From the NCBI GenBank assembly GCA_035295685.1, contig DATGIO010000222.1:11606-75605 (forward strand): 64,000 nucleotides of DNA, written 5' to 3'. This DNA comes from Candidatus Angelobacter sp. (lineage in GTDB: Bacteria > Acidobacteriota > Terriglobia > Terriglobales > Acidobacteriaceae). Positions 54,998-63,892 of this stretch are shown piece by piece. The notes under the pieces were generated by a model, which did not search any database, had not been told where the DNA came from, and saw only the letters and a program-made list of their open reading frames with translations. Numbering within the stretch: the stretch's first letter is position 1; each line of letters starts with the position of its first letter. The position numbers and the translations under genes are program-made.

Positions 54998-55135
54998 GGC
55001 TTTAGAGTTCCTGTGGGAACAAAATTTTTCCCAGCAGAAACTCTAAAGCCCAAATTGTTCGGCAGCATCCCGTCTCTTAAAACACGCCCAAAAAGCGGCA
55101 CGCCTGAAAGGGTCTCTTCCACAGTTGTGCCAGCA
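54998..55135 (+). repeat. Family B element, long form (second copy, 86 nt after the first)
   Basis: The sequence is GGCTTTAGAGTTCCTGTGGGAACAAAATTTTTCCCAGCAGAAACTCTAAAGCC...GGCACGCCTGAAAGGGTCTCTTCCACAGTTGTGCCAGCA. The outer stem differs from copy 1 at both paired positions. Confidence 0.9.
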
Positions 55136-55214
55136 TTATTCGCGATGCAAAAAGCTAAACCTCGGATCGGCATTGGTTCAGCCGTGCGGGGTGAAACACT
55201 GCACGGGCTAAAAG

Positions 55215-56531
55215 CTACTTCCAATACTGATCGCGCAGCTCAGTTTGTTTGCTGGTGAGGGGAATCTCCTCGCCTCCGATGAACAAATGCTTTACATCTG
55301 TCTTGACATCCAGAGGGCTACCGTTGGCAACCACGACGTTCGCCAGTTTGCCGACATCCAGAGAGCCCAGGCGGTCATCCACACCCCAAATCTGCGCGGG
55401 GTTGAGGGTGATGGCTTTTAGAGCTTCTTCCTGGGGCAACCCAAAGCCAACTGCAAAGCCTGCGGCATAGGGAAGGTTGCGAGCGTTGTGGGCGTCGTAA
55501 GACGCAAAGGCGATCTTGACGCCGCGCTTCGCAAGCTCCGCCGGCATCTTGAACACCGCGTCGTAACGCTCCCATTCCTTCGGCTGCTCGTAGATCGGGC
55601 CGACAATCACCGGGAAGCCGGTGTCCTTGATCTTGTCGATGATACTTGCCGAGTGCGTCACGTGGTTCAGAATGACCTTAAGATGAAACTCGTGCGCGAG
55701 ATCCACGGCTGTTTGGAGGTCATAAGGCTCTTCCGCAGCCAGCACCACAGGCCGCTTCCCTTGCAAATATGGAAGCAGGGCTTCCAATTTCAAGTCGCGT
55801 TTCGGGGGCGCGCCGGCTTTGTCGTCTCCAGCGGCCTTCTTCTTCTCATAGGCCGAGACTTTCTGCTCGTAGTCCAAAGCATCGATGAATGCCTGGCGAA
55901 GCTGTGCCGCCATGCCCATGCGGGTGGAGGGGAACTTACTGTTCTGAAAGCTTTCGTTGCGGCGCTGCCTCCCAGTGAAATTCAATGGCAGGGCGATATC
56001 GCGGACCATCAGCATTTCATCGGCTGACCGGCCCGAGAGTTGAATGAAGGATTCCTGCCCGGGGAGCGTGTCTTCCTCCGAAGGCGCGACAATCGCATTG
56101 GTGATGCCATTCAGCCGGGTGACGGGGATCAACGCCGTTTCCGCATGAAAGGCGTCGTAGACGTGCATGTGCGGCATGATCTCGTCGCTGGTCTCAACGA
56201 GGTCGTTGGTATTGCGGTCGGCTGAAATCTCGGTCAGCCCAAGATGGGTTTCGGAATCGATGAGACCCGGATAGATGGTCATTCCCACGACATCGATGAC
56301 CTTGGCATCGCGAGGCACCGAGGTAGAACCGGCAGGGCCGACAGCCGTGATCTTGCCGCCCTCCATCACCAGGACGCCGTTTTCAATCACGCCATGGGTA
56401 ATCGTCAGCAGCTTGCCACCGCGAAGAACTATCACTTTCGCTTTTTCCGGCTTGGAGGCTGGCTGGGCCATGGCAGCGGTCGCCAAGACAAAGGCGGCGA
56501 GGATGAAGCTCACAAAGAATTTCTTCAGCAT
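55215..56531 (-). CDS. Secreted amidohydrolase-family protein
   Basis: It has a signal peptide (MLKKFFVSFILAAFVLATAAMA) and an N-terminal beta-sandwich (VLRGGKLLTITHGVIENGVLVMEGGKITAVG). The HxH metal motif is replaced by IDSETHLGL, and a TIM-barrel body follows. Confidence 0.7.
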   Translation of the reverse strand: MLKKFFVSFILAAFVLATAAMAQPASKPEKAKVIVLRGGKLLTITHGVIENGVLVMEGGKITAVGPAGSTSVPRDAKVIDVVGMTIYPGLIDSETHLGLTEISADRNTNDLVETSDEIMPHMHVYDAFHAETALIPVTRLNGITNAIVAPSEEDTLPGQESFIQLSGRSADEMLMVRDIALPLNFTGRQRRNESFQNSKFPSTRMGMAAQLRQAFIDALDYEQKVSAYEKKKAAGDDKAGAPPKRDLKLEALLPYLQGKRPVVLAAEEPYDLQTAVDLAHEFHLKVILNHVTHSASIIDKIKDTGFPVIVGPIYEQPKEWERYDAVFKMPAELAKRGVKIAFASYDAHNARNLPYAAGFAVGFGLPQEEALKAITLNPAQIWGVDDRLGSLDVGKLANVVVANGSPLDVKTDVKHLFIGGEEIPLTSKQTELRDQYWK

Positions 56532-56533
56532 GG

Positions 56534-57829
56534 TTATTGAGCCTCCTTGAATTGAACCAGTCCGAGTCCGGGAAGAGAGCGATCAAACCACGGCTCGCCA
56601 TCGATGAGCACCTGATCAGCAATGGCCGAAGAGGAGAGCGGATAACTGTTCCAGATGCTGATGTCGGCGTCTTTGCCTACGTCGAGCGAGCCGACGCGAT
56701 CGTCGACACCGATGATCCACGCCGGATTCAGGGTGATCATCTTTAAAGCGTCTTCTTCACTGACGCCATAACGCATGACCTTACCCGCTTCCTGGTTCAA
56801 GCGGCGGGTCACGTCTTCCGAATCGCTCTTCAAAGCAACGCGGACACCCTTGTGCAAGGAGATGGTTGCGTTCCAGGGATTGCCATCCCAGGCTTCGTAC
56901 TTGAAGCCCCACCAATCGGGCCAGGTAGCAATGGCAACGCCATTGGCCGCAATTTGGTCGGCAACCTTATATGCCTCGACTGCGTGATGGAATGCACGAA
57001 TCTTGTAACCAAATTCCTTGGCGATCGCCATCTCGGTGAGGAACTCGTCGGCGCGGTAACAGTGAATCTGTACGAGCAATTTGCCACGCAGGATGTCGGC
57101 AAGAGCGTCAAGCTTCAGATCCTTTTTGGGAGCCTTGGCATCTTTGTCACCCTTTTGCACTTTGGCGTTGTAGTCGTCCCAATCGCGCATGTATTCGCGG
57201 GCTTCGGTAAACGCCTGCCGCATGACCTCAAAGTTGCCCATGCGGGTTGAGGGGAGCTGATTTCGTCCACCGTATACACGCTTGGGATTCTCTCCGCTAG
57301 CGAACTTGATCGATTGTGGAGCGCCGGGGAACAGCAGCTCGTCGCGTCCCAATCCATACTTATGCTTGATCACCACAGCCTGACCGCCGATCATGTTGGC
57401 CGAGCCATGCAGCAAAAGAGACGTAGTGACGCCACCGGCAAGAGCGCGATAGATCATCTTGTCGTTGTAGTCGAAGGCGTCTTTCATCATCATGTGCGGG
57501 GTGATGGGACTGGTGGCTTCGTTGACATCGTTATCGAGAGCGATGTGAGAGTGGGAGTCAATGATTCCCGGCATGACCCACTTGCCGGTGGCGTCGATTA
57601 CCTTGGCGCTCGCCGGTGCTTGCACGGTTTTCCCGATGGCGGCGATCTTACCGTCGTGGATGTAGATGCTCCCGTTCTCGATTCGCCCGTGGGTGATTGT
57701 CAGTATTGTCCCACCGCGAATGACAACGTCGTTATGGATGGCTTGAGCCTGCTGCGCCTGCGCTGAAGCCAAGAGGCCCAGCCACAGAATCGACAGCATC
57801 GCCCAGCACAGGTACGAGCGACGCGACAT
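56534..57829 (-). CDS. Secreted amidohydrolase-family protein (metal-dependent)
   Basis: It has a signal peptide and the sequence VIRGGTILTITHGRIENGSIYIHDGKIAAIG. The canonical IIDSHSHIAL HxH motif is present. It is a paralogue of the downstream gene and is separated from it by 2 nt. Confidence 0.75.
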   Translation of the reverse strand: MSRRSYLCWAMLSILWLGLLASAQAQQAQAIHNDVVIRGGTILTITHGRIENGSIYIHDGKIAAIGKTVQAPASAKVIDATGKWVMPGIIDSHSHIALDNDVNEATSPITPHMMMKDAFDYNDKMIYRALAGGVTTSLLLHGSANMIGGQAVVIKHKYGLGRDELLFPGAPQSIKFASGENPKRVYGGRNQLPSTRMGNFEVMRQAFTEAREYMRDWDDYNAKVQKGDKDAKAPKKDLKLDALADILRGKLLVQIHCYRADEFLTEMAIAKEFGYKIRAFHHAVEAYKVADQIAANGVAIATWPDWWGFKYEAWDGNPWNATISLHKGVRVALKSDSEDVTRRLNQEAGKVMRYGVSEEDALKMITLNPAWIIGVDDRVGSLDVGKDADISIWNSYPLSSSAIADQVLIDGEPWFDRSLPGLGLVQFKEAQ

Positions 57830-58113
57830 AATCCGTCTCCTGAAGAGGAAGTAAATAGCTGCGATTCTATGGGCTTAGGGAAATGGGCGTCAATTGCACG
57901 TCAAGCAAGGGTGAGTCCAACCCGCAGGCCAGCGCAAGCGCAGAGGCAGGGGTACAGAACGGCGGAGCTGCCAGCCGCCTTCAGGGCTCGATTGATTTCG
58001 CCTTGATTTCAGGGGTATTTTTTGCCCGTTTTTTGAAATCGCGAAAAAATCAAGTGAAACGGCTTTAAGCGTCGCTATTTACGCCGCCCGTCATTTTTGC
58101 GAATCTGGATAAA

Positions 58114-58146
58114 CCGTCATTTCTGGTTCATTTCAGGATCATTTGT
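58114..58146 (+). promoter_or_regulatory. Three 11-bp-phased TCATTT direct repeats (response-regulator-type site?)
   Basis: The three units are CCGTCATTTCT / GGTTCATTTCA / GGATCATTTGT. A fourth copy, CCGTCATTT, lies at 58088..58096. They sit in the 730-nt spacer between the amidohydrolase operon start and the acs 3' end. Confidence 0.25.
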
Positions 58147-58259
58147 TTATTCAGCAAAACATGAATGGCAAATGATCTCAGGGCATTCTCAACAGATGGC
58201 TGATTGTCCAAAACAGCCTCTGGTGCGGTCTGCAATGTGCATTGCGCAGAGATATCTAT

Positions 58260-58371
58260 GCCGTGCCGCTGGCACTCGATTCTTTGTTCTACTTTACCCA
58301 CGGTTTCGCTACGCTTCACCGTGGGCTAATCCTGTCGTCGCGCCTCTGGCGCTTGGGGCATTCAGAGGAAA
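58260..58371 (+). repeat. Family D element
   Basis: The sequence is GCCGTGCCGCTGGCACTCGA...CCCACGGTTTCGCTACGCTTCACCGTGGGCT...CGCGCCTCTGGCGCTTGGGGCATTCAGAGGAAA. Confidence 0.9.
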
Positions 58372-58560
58372 TTTTTTTAACGCCCAACATCCGATTTTTG
58401 AGGCGTGCACAGGGCAGATTTTTCCGACATGAAGCAGGCCTCTCACCTGTTGCAAATTCATTGCGCATTAACTCTGACACAACGTTCTGTCTCAGGGCCG
58501 TCCGCAAAGACTCTTCTGTGTGCCCTTCTGGAACTTAGCAAGGCAGCTCTTTTTCTTGGC

Positions 58561-60522
58561 TTATTTCTCGCCCTTTTCGCTCAAGATTTCTTCCTCTTCT
58601 TTACCCTGGCTGCTCAACTGCAAAATCACGTTGAAGTCTTCCAGGGTTGAGGTATCGCCCTTGACTCCCTTGGTGGTGACAATTTCGCGGAGCAAGCGGC
58701 GCATGATCTTGCCGCTACGGGTCTTGGGCAGGGCGGTGACGAACATGATCTTTTCAGGACGAGCCAAGGCCCCAATTTCCTGAGCCACCCATTCGCGCAG
58801 ATCATTATAAAGCGCGTCGCTCTCTTTTTCACTCGCTTTGAGCGTGACGAAGCAGTGGATGGCCTGTCCTTTTAGCTCATGGGGAGCACCGACTACGGCG
58901 GCTTCCGCCACGGCCTTGTGGCGCACAAGAGAAGATTCGACTTCCATGGTGCTGAGGCGATGGCCGGCTACGTTGATTACGTCGTCCACGCGGCCAAGAA
59001 CCCAGATGTATCCGTCTTCATCGCGGGTGGCGGCGTCGCCAGTGAAATAGGCGCCGGGGAAGCGCGACCAGTAATTTTCTTTGAAGCGCTCGGGATCTTG
59101 GTAAAGCGTGCGCAGCATGGAGGGCCAAGGCTTATTCAAAATAAGGAAGCCCTTGCCTGCGCCCTTGATAGGCGTGCCTTTGTCATCGACAATCTCGGCG
59201 GCCACACCGGGCAGAGGACGAGTCGCGGAACCGGGCTTAGTGGGCGTAGCACCGGGAACCGGGGAGATCATGATGGATCCGGTTTCGGTTTGCCACCAGG
59301 TATCCACAATCGGGCAGCGCTCTTTGCCAATAACGGTGTGGTACCACTTCCAAGCAGTGGGATTGATTGGCTCACCTACGGAACCAAGAAGGCGCAACGA
59401 GGAAAGATCGTGACTCTCGGGCCAGTGATCTCCTTGACGGATAAACGAACGAATGGCGGTAGGCGAGGTATAGAAGGTGGTAACGCGATACTTCTCAATC
59501 AAACGCCAGAAGCGATCGAACTTGGGCCAATCGGGAGCGCCTTCATACATAAACGTGGTTGCGCCAGCGGCCAGCGGACCAAAGACAACATAAGAGTGCC
59601 CGGTGACCCAGCCGATATCGGCGGTGCACCAATAAACGTCGTCATCGCGCATATCGAAGACCCAATTCATGGTGGAGAGGACTTGGGTGAGATATCCGCC
59701 GGTGGAGTGAACTACTCCCTTGGGCTTGCCAGTGGTGCCGGAGGTATAGAGGACATAGAGAGGATGCTCACTATCGAGCTGCTCCGCCGGGCAGACTTCG
59801 GAGCGGCCGGTCGTGAGATCTTCCCACCAGTGATCGCGTCCGGTTTTCATCTCCGTGGGAAGCTCCTGGCGTTTGTAGACGATCACGTTCTCGACGGTGG
59901 GGCACTCTTTCAGAGCTTCATCCACGTTCTGCTTGAGGGGAACATTCTTTCCGCGACGCAGGCCGCCGTTGGCGGTGATGACAACCTTGGCTTCAAGATC
60001 CTGAATACGCGCCTTGAGGGCCTCGGCGGAAAAGCCACCAAAAACGACTGAATGAGTAATTCCCAGCCGCGCACAGGCGAGCATGGCAATCGCGGCTTCG
60101 GGCACCATGGGCATATAGATGATCGACCGATCCCCGGTCTTCAGCCCAAGCTCCTTGAGAGCATTGGCGAACTTGGAGACCTTGCGGTGGAGTTCCTGAT
60201 AGGTCAGAGTTCGCTGCTCAAAATTTTCACCCTCCCAGATCAAGGCGGCTTTGTTGCGGCGGGCCGAATTCAAATGACGGTCCAGGCAGTTGTAAGCCAC
60301 ATTGGTTTTTCCGCCGACAAACCATTTCGAAAAAGGAGGATTGGACCAATCGAGCACCTTGTTCCAGGGTGCGAACCAGTGCAGGGCTTTCGCCCGCTCC
60401 GCCCAGAACGCCTCCGGATCTTTTGCCGCAGCCTCATACATCTGCTCGTATTCTTGAATCGATTTAATTGAGGCGGAACGGCTAAATTCCGCAGGGGGTG
60501 CAAATTTTTCGTTTTGTTCCAT
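58561..60522 (-). CDS. acs: Acetyl-CoA synthetase (acetate--CoA ligase)
   Basis: The product is 653 aa, with ...WWEDL...[12 protein letters not shown]...GWVTGHSY...WWQTETG...[32 protein letters not shown]...[12 protein letters not shown]. Confidence 0.95.
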   Translation of the reverse strand: MEQNEKFAPPAEFSRSASIKSIQEYEQMYEAAAKDPEAFWAERAKALHWFAPWNKVLDWSNPPFSKWFVGGKTNVAYNCLDRHLNSARRNKAALIWEGENFEQRTLTYQELHRKVSKFANALKELGLKTGDRSIIYMPMVPEAAIAMLACARLGITHSVVFGGFSAEALKARIQDLEAKVVITANGGLRRGKNVPLKQNVDEALKECPTVENVIVYKRQELPTEMKTGRDHWWEDLTTGRSEVCPAEQLDSEHPLYVLYTSGTTGKPKGVVHSTGGYLTQVLSTMNWVFDMRDDDVYWCTADIGWVTGHSYVVFGPLAAGATTFMYEGAPDWPKFDRFWRLIEKYRVTTFYTSPTAIRSFIRQGDHWPESHDLSSLRLLGSVGEPINPTAWKWYHTVIGKERCPIVDTWWQTETGSIMISPVPGATPTKPGSATRPLPGVAAEIVDDKGTPIKGAGKGFLILNKPWPSMLRTLYQDPERFKENYWSRFPGAYFTGDAATRDEDGYIWVLGRVDDVINVAGHRLSTMEVESSLVRHKAVAEAAVVGAPHELKGQAIHCFVTLKASEKESDALYNDLREWVAQEIGALARPEKIMFVTALPKTRSGKIMRRLLREIVTTKGVKGDTSTLEDFNVILQLSSQGKEEEEILSEKGEK

Positions 60523-60740
60523 GACCGGAAAATTTTAACGCAAAGACCCGCCACGATGCGATCAGGTTCTTTGAGACCGGGAGGGCGAAAGCACCTAGAC
60601 ACACACGGCAAATATTTGCGCTTCCAGATTGAACCGGCTTTTGTCGTCAGATAAGCAAATTTGGCAAGAAAGGCCACCCTTTGCGACCCACCCTCACTCT
60701 TCTTGGAACTATGAATAAAGGGGCAGGTCCAAGGCCCTCC

Positions 60741-62882
60741 TCATGCCCGGATGGCGTCGCGCACGGTTTTCTCCAAATTGGATGGATCACTTACAGGAGG
60801 CAGGCAGCTAAAGCCGCTGCAAACCACCGCCACTGGCTTCCCTTCCCGAACACCCGGCAGGCCGGGAATGGTTTCTGCGAGAGCGGGAGGAAGCATTTGC
60901 GGAACCGCCTCTCCCTGGGGCAACAACAGGACAGCTTTGTTTAATGAAAAGCTGCGGACGGCCGCCGCATAAAGTTGGGCAGCAACTTCCCCGCCGCCGG
61001 TAACCACCACCTGGGTGTGCGGCTTGAGGAACATGTTCAGGGCCAAGGCATAGGTTCCGGCAAACATCCCATAGTGGCCGGCGATTCCAGCAAAGGCCAT
61101 CAAGGTACGCTCCACGATTTGCCGGTAGCGAGGCTCGTTGGTATAGCCATAAAGCCGCGTCAACGCAATGGCAGCGGCAGGATCGCCAGCAGGCGTGGGA
61201 GAGTCCTGCAAAGGCTTGCGGCGAGCGGTCAACGCTCCCAGCGCCTCCGGGCCGAAACCGTCGCGATTGGAAGAGGCAACGTCAAAAAATCCACCTTCCG
61301 CCGAATCATGAAAACGCGCAATCATGCTCTCGGCGATCTTGCGGGCGAACTGGAAGTAGCTGATATCGGCGGTGGATTCGTAGGCATCCAGGCAGGCGAT
61401 GACGGTAAAGGCGTAGTCGTCCAAAACACCGGGGAGGTTCCGGTGCTCCGCGGCAGGATCGGAATAGGCGAGGACATGCTGAAGGCCGGAATCCTGGTCC
61501 CATGCCTCAGAAAGAGTACGATCGAGCGAACGGAGCGCAAAGTTACGGGCCTCGTCGAGTTTCAAGACCTGAGCGGCCTTCAGGTATGCGGAGATGCACA
61601 GCGCGTTCCAGCTTGCATAGACAGTCTTATCCACGTAGGGGGTGGGGCGCTGGAGGCGGGCAGCATAGAGTTTGCGCTTAGCCGAATCGAGAATGCCTTG
61701 GACCTCGTCCGCACTCTTCTTCATTCTTTTGGCAATGTCTTCAACGCTCGCCGTGATATGCAGAACATTTTTCTGGTGGTTGTGATGCATGTCTCCAATT
61801 TCACGAACGTTGTAATGGAGGATGGCGACCTGCAGTTCTTCGCCGCTCAGCACGGCCTCGACTTCGTTCAACGTCCAGGTAAAGTAGTCACCGTCATCGT
61901 CCAAGGAGAAATCCGCGTCCTTCGACGCATAAAAGCCGCCGTGCTCGCGATCGGTCAGCCACTCGTCCATCCAGCGAATGATGTCGCGGGCCACCCAGGC
62001 GAAGAACTCATTGCCGGTGAGTTGATATCCGTGGACATAGTTCTTGAGCAGTTCCGAATTGTCGTAGGACATCTTCTCGAAGTGAGGCACAACCCAGTGG
62101 GCGTCCACGGAGTAGCGATGGAAGCCGCCCGCGAGTTGGTCGTAGACGCCGCCAAGGGCCATTTTTTCAAGCGTGGCGCTCACGATTCCGAGCAACGAGG
62201 CGTCGCCGGTTTCGGCGTGACGCTGCATCAGGAGATCGACGGCGCTACAGTGAGGAAACTTGGGCGAAGAACCGAAGCCGCCGTGCTCAGCGTCAAACAT
62301 TTTGACGGTGGCCTCGACGATGGCGTCGAGGATCTCCGGTTTGAGCGAGCCTAATTTTCCCGCGAAAGATTCAGCCTGACTGATGGCGTTCATTACGCTC
62401 TCGGCCGATTCGCGCACGTCATCAACCTTTTCCTTGTATGCCTGGGCCAGGGTCAGCAAAACTCGCCTGAAGCTGGGCCTTCCTTGGTGATCCTGGGGCG
62501 GGAAATAGGTACCACCATAAAACGGCTTGCCTTCCGGCGTGAGGAAGGCGGTGAGCGGCCATCCTCCCTGGCCGCTAATGGCCTGGATGGCCGATTGATA
62601 ACGGCTGTCAACGTCGGGACGTTCGTCCCGGTCGATCTTTACGGCGACGAAGTTGTCATTGACGATGGCGGCTATCGCCGGGTCTTCGTAAGACTCCCGG
62701 TCCATTACATGGCACCAATGGCACCAAACAGCCCCGCTATCGAGCAGCACGGGCTTGTTTTCCCGCTTGGCTTTTTCAAACGGCTCCGGCCCCCATTCGT
62801 GCCAGTCGATGGGCTGGTGCATCGCCGAACGCAAGTAGGAGGATGAAGCACGGGAAAGCGAATTAAGAGTCTTGGTGCTCAT
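60741..62882 (-). CDS. Thioredoxin-domain protein, YyaL/DUF255 family (N-acylglucosamine-2-epimerase-like body)
   Basis: The N-terminus is IDWHEWGPEPFEKAKRENKPVLLDSGAVWCHWCHVMDRESYEDPAIAAIVNDNFVAVKIDRDERPDVD. An (alpha/alpha)6-like region follows. Confidence 0.9.
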   Translation of the reverse strand: MSTKTLNSLSRASSSYLRSAMHQPIDWHEWGPEPFEKAKRENKPVLLDSGAVWCHWCHVMDRESYEDPAIAAIVNDNFVAVKIDRDERPDVDSRYQSAIQAISGQGGWPLTAFLTPEGKPFYGGTYFPPQDHQGRPSFRRVLLTLAQAYKEKVDDVRESAESVMNAISQAESFAGKLGSLKPEILDAIVEATVKMFDAEHGGFGSSPKFPHCSAVDLLMQRHAETGDASLLGIVSATLEKMALGGVYDQLAGGFHRYSVDAHWVVPHFEKMSYDNSELLKNYVHGYQLTGNEFFAWVARDIIRWMDEWLTDREHGGFYASKDADFSLDDDGDYFTWTLNEVEAVLSGEELQVAILHYNVREIGDMHHNHQKNVLHITASVEDIAKRMKKSADEVQGILDSAKRKLYAARLQRPTPYVDKTVYASWNALCISAYLKAAQVLKLDEARNFALRSLDRTLSEAWDQDSGLQHVLAYSDPAAEHRNLPGVLDDYAFTVIACLDAYESTADISYFQFARKIAESMIARFHDSAEGGFFDVASSNRDGFGPEALGALTARRKPLQDSPTPAGDPAAAIALTRLYGYTNEPRYRQIVERTLMAFAGIAGHYGMFAGTYALALNMFLKPHTQVVVTGGGEVAAQLYAAAVRSFSLNKAVLLLPQGEAVPQMLPPALAETIPGLPGVREGKPVAVVCSGFSCLPPVSDPSNLEKTVRDAIRA

Positions 62883-62899
62883 ACAAACAGTGTATCGCT

Positions 62900-63050
62900 T
62901 TCAATCGTCAGCTTTCAGTCGTCAGCAATCAGTCATCAGCAGTCAGCAAAACCAAAGTCTCTACCACAGAGGGCACAGAGGAAAAAGCAGAGGACACAGA
63001 GAGACAGCATTTCAGCAATTAGCACTCAGCGGACAGCAAACAAGCAGCCG
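62900..63050 (+). repeat. Family A (heptad TCAGC run plus CACAGAGG module plus TCAGC run)
   Basis: The sequence is TCAATCGTCAGCTTTCAGTCGTCAGCAATCAGTCATCAGCAGTCAGCAAAACCAAAGTCTCTACCACAGAGGGCACAGAGGAAAAAGCAGAGGACACAGAGAGACAGCATTTCAGCAATTAGCACTCAGCGGACAGC. Confidence 0.85.
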
Positions 63051-63458
63051 CAATCAAGGATAGATACAACCCAGAAAACCGAGCAGCGGCACAACATCAC
63101 CATAGGCTATTTCTCTTGTCGCGTCGCCAGCACTTGGGAAATTCACTATGAAACTCTTAGCGCCCCACTCCGATTGTCGACGGTTTCCATGGGGTGATCT
63201 TGTCCGATTTGAAGCGCGCATCAGCCACTTCGCCTTATTGCTATCTCCGTGCAAAGGACCTTTTACATTTGGATATTGTTCGCCGTGGCAGCCCGTGCAG
63301 CCCTACGATCCGTGCAGTTGAAGCTCTTGATTTTGCGAAAATGAAACCGGGCCGCTCTTCACGCGAGGCGACCATTTGTCCTAATTCCCTTCCCATCCGT
63401 CCGAGGACGAGGATAATCGCAACTTATGCAAGGCACGGCAAAATGGGGATGAAAATTC

Positions 63459-63505
63459 TTGACTGCGTAAAGCATAAAGTGTATAGAGTATGCATACACT
63501 GTACA
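63459..63505 (+). promoter_or_regulatory. Sigma70-like promoter with overlapping palindromic operator upstream of the GntR gene
   Basis: TTGACT (63459..63464), a 17-nt spacer, then TATAGA (63482..63487). The perfect palindrome GTATGCATAC (63488..63497) is nested in AGTGTA...TACACT (63478..63500), and TGTACA lies at 63500..63505. The start codon is at 63510. Confidence 0.45.
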
Positions 63506-63509
63506 TTGA

Positions 63510-63890
63510 ATGTTTCTGACCATCAACGCCGGTGACGCGCGGCCCATTTATCAGCAGGTTGCCGATGGAATCAAAGAGCTGATTGCAAGCGGGAAGCTTG
63601 CAGAAGGGACGCCGCTGCCACCGGTGCGCCAGTTGGCGGCCGACCTGGGGGTGAACCTCAACACGATTGCAACCGCCTACCGGGAGTTGCAAAGAGATGG
63701 ACTGCTGGCGGTGAAGCATGGCTCCGGCTCGGTAGTGGCCTCAAGCACTACCGCAGAACGCAGCCTGGATGAGTTGCTTCGGCCCTTGCGCACAGCACTG
63801 ACGCAGATGGTGCTGGCAGGGCTACCGCAAAAGAAAATTCTGCAACTGGTCATCAACGAACTGCAGACAGTTATGCAAGGAAGGAAGTAA
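63510..63890 (+). CDS. GntR-family (YtrA-like) transcriptional regulator
   Basis: ARPIYQQVADGIKELIASGKLAEGTPLPPVRQLAADLGVNLNTIATAYRELQRDGLLAVKHGSGSVV is the winged HTH. The short C-terminal tail is typical of the YtrA subfamily. Confidence 0.85.
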   Translation: MFLTINAGDARPIYQQVADGIKELIASGKLAEGTPLPPVRQLAADLGVNLNTIATAYRELQRDGLLAVKHGSGSVVASSTTAERSLDELLRPLRTALTQMVLAGLPQKKILQLVINELQTVMQGRK

Positions 63891-63892
63891 CG

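Noticed and set aside
58879-62354. Long + strand ORFs 58879..60051 (390 aa) and 60975..62354 (459 aa)
   Set aside because: They are antisense to acs and to the YyaL-like gene, both of which have unmistakable family motifs. The + frames are low-complexity Gly/Arg-rich.
10381-63050. Could the recurring repeats be CRISPR arrays?
   Set aside because: Copies are dispersed one or two per spacer. They are not regularly interspaced with unique spacers, they differ in length (50-140 nt), and no cas genes are present.
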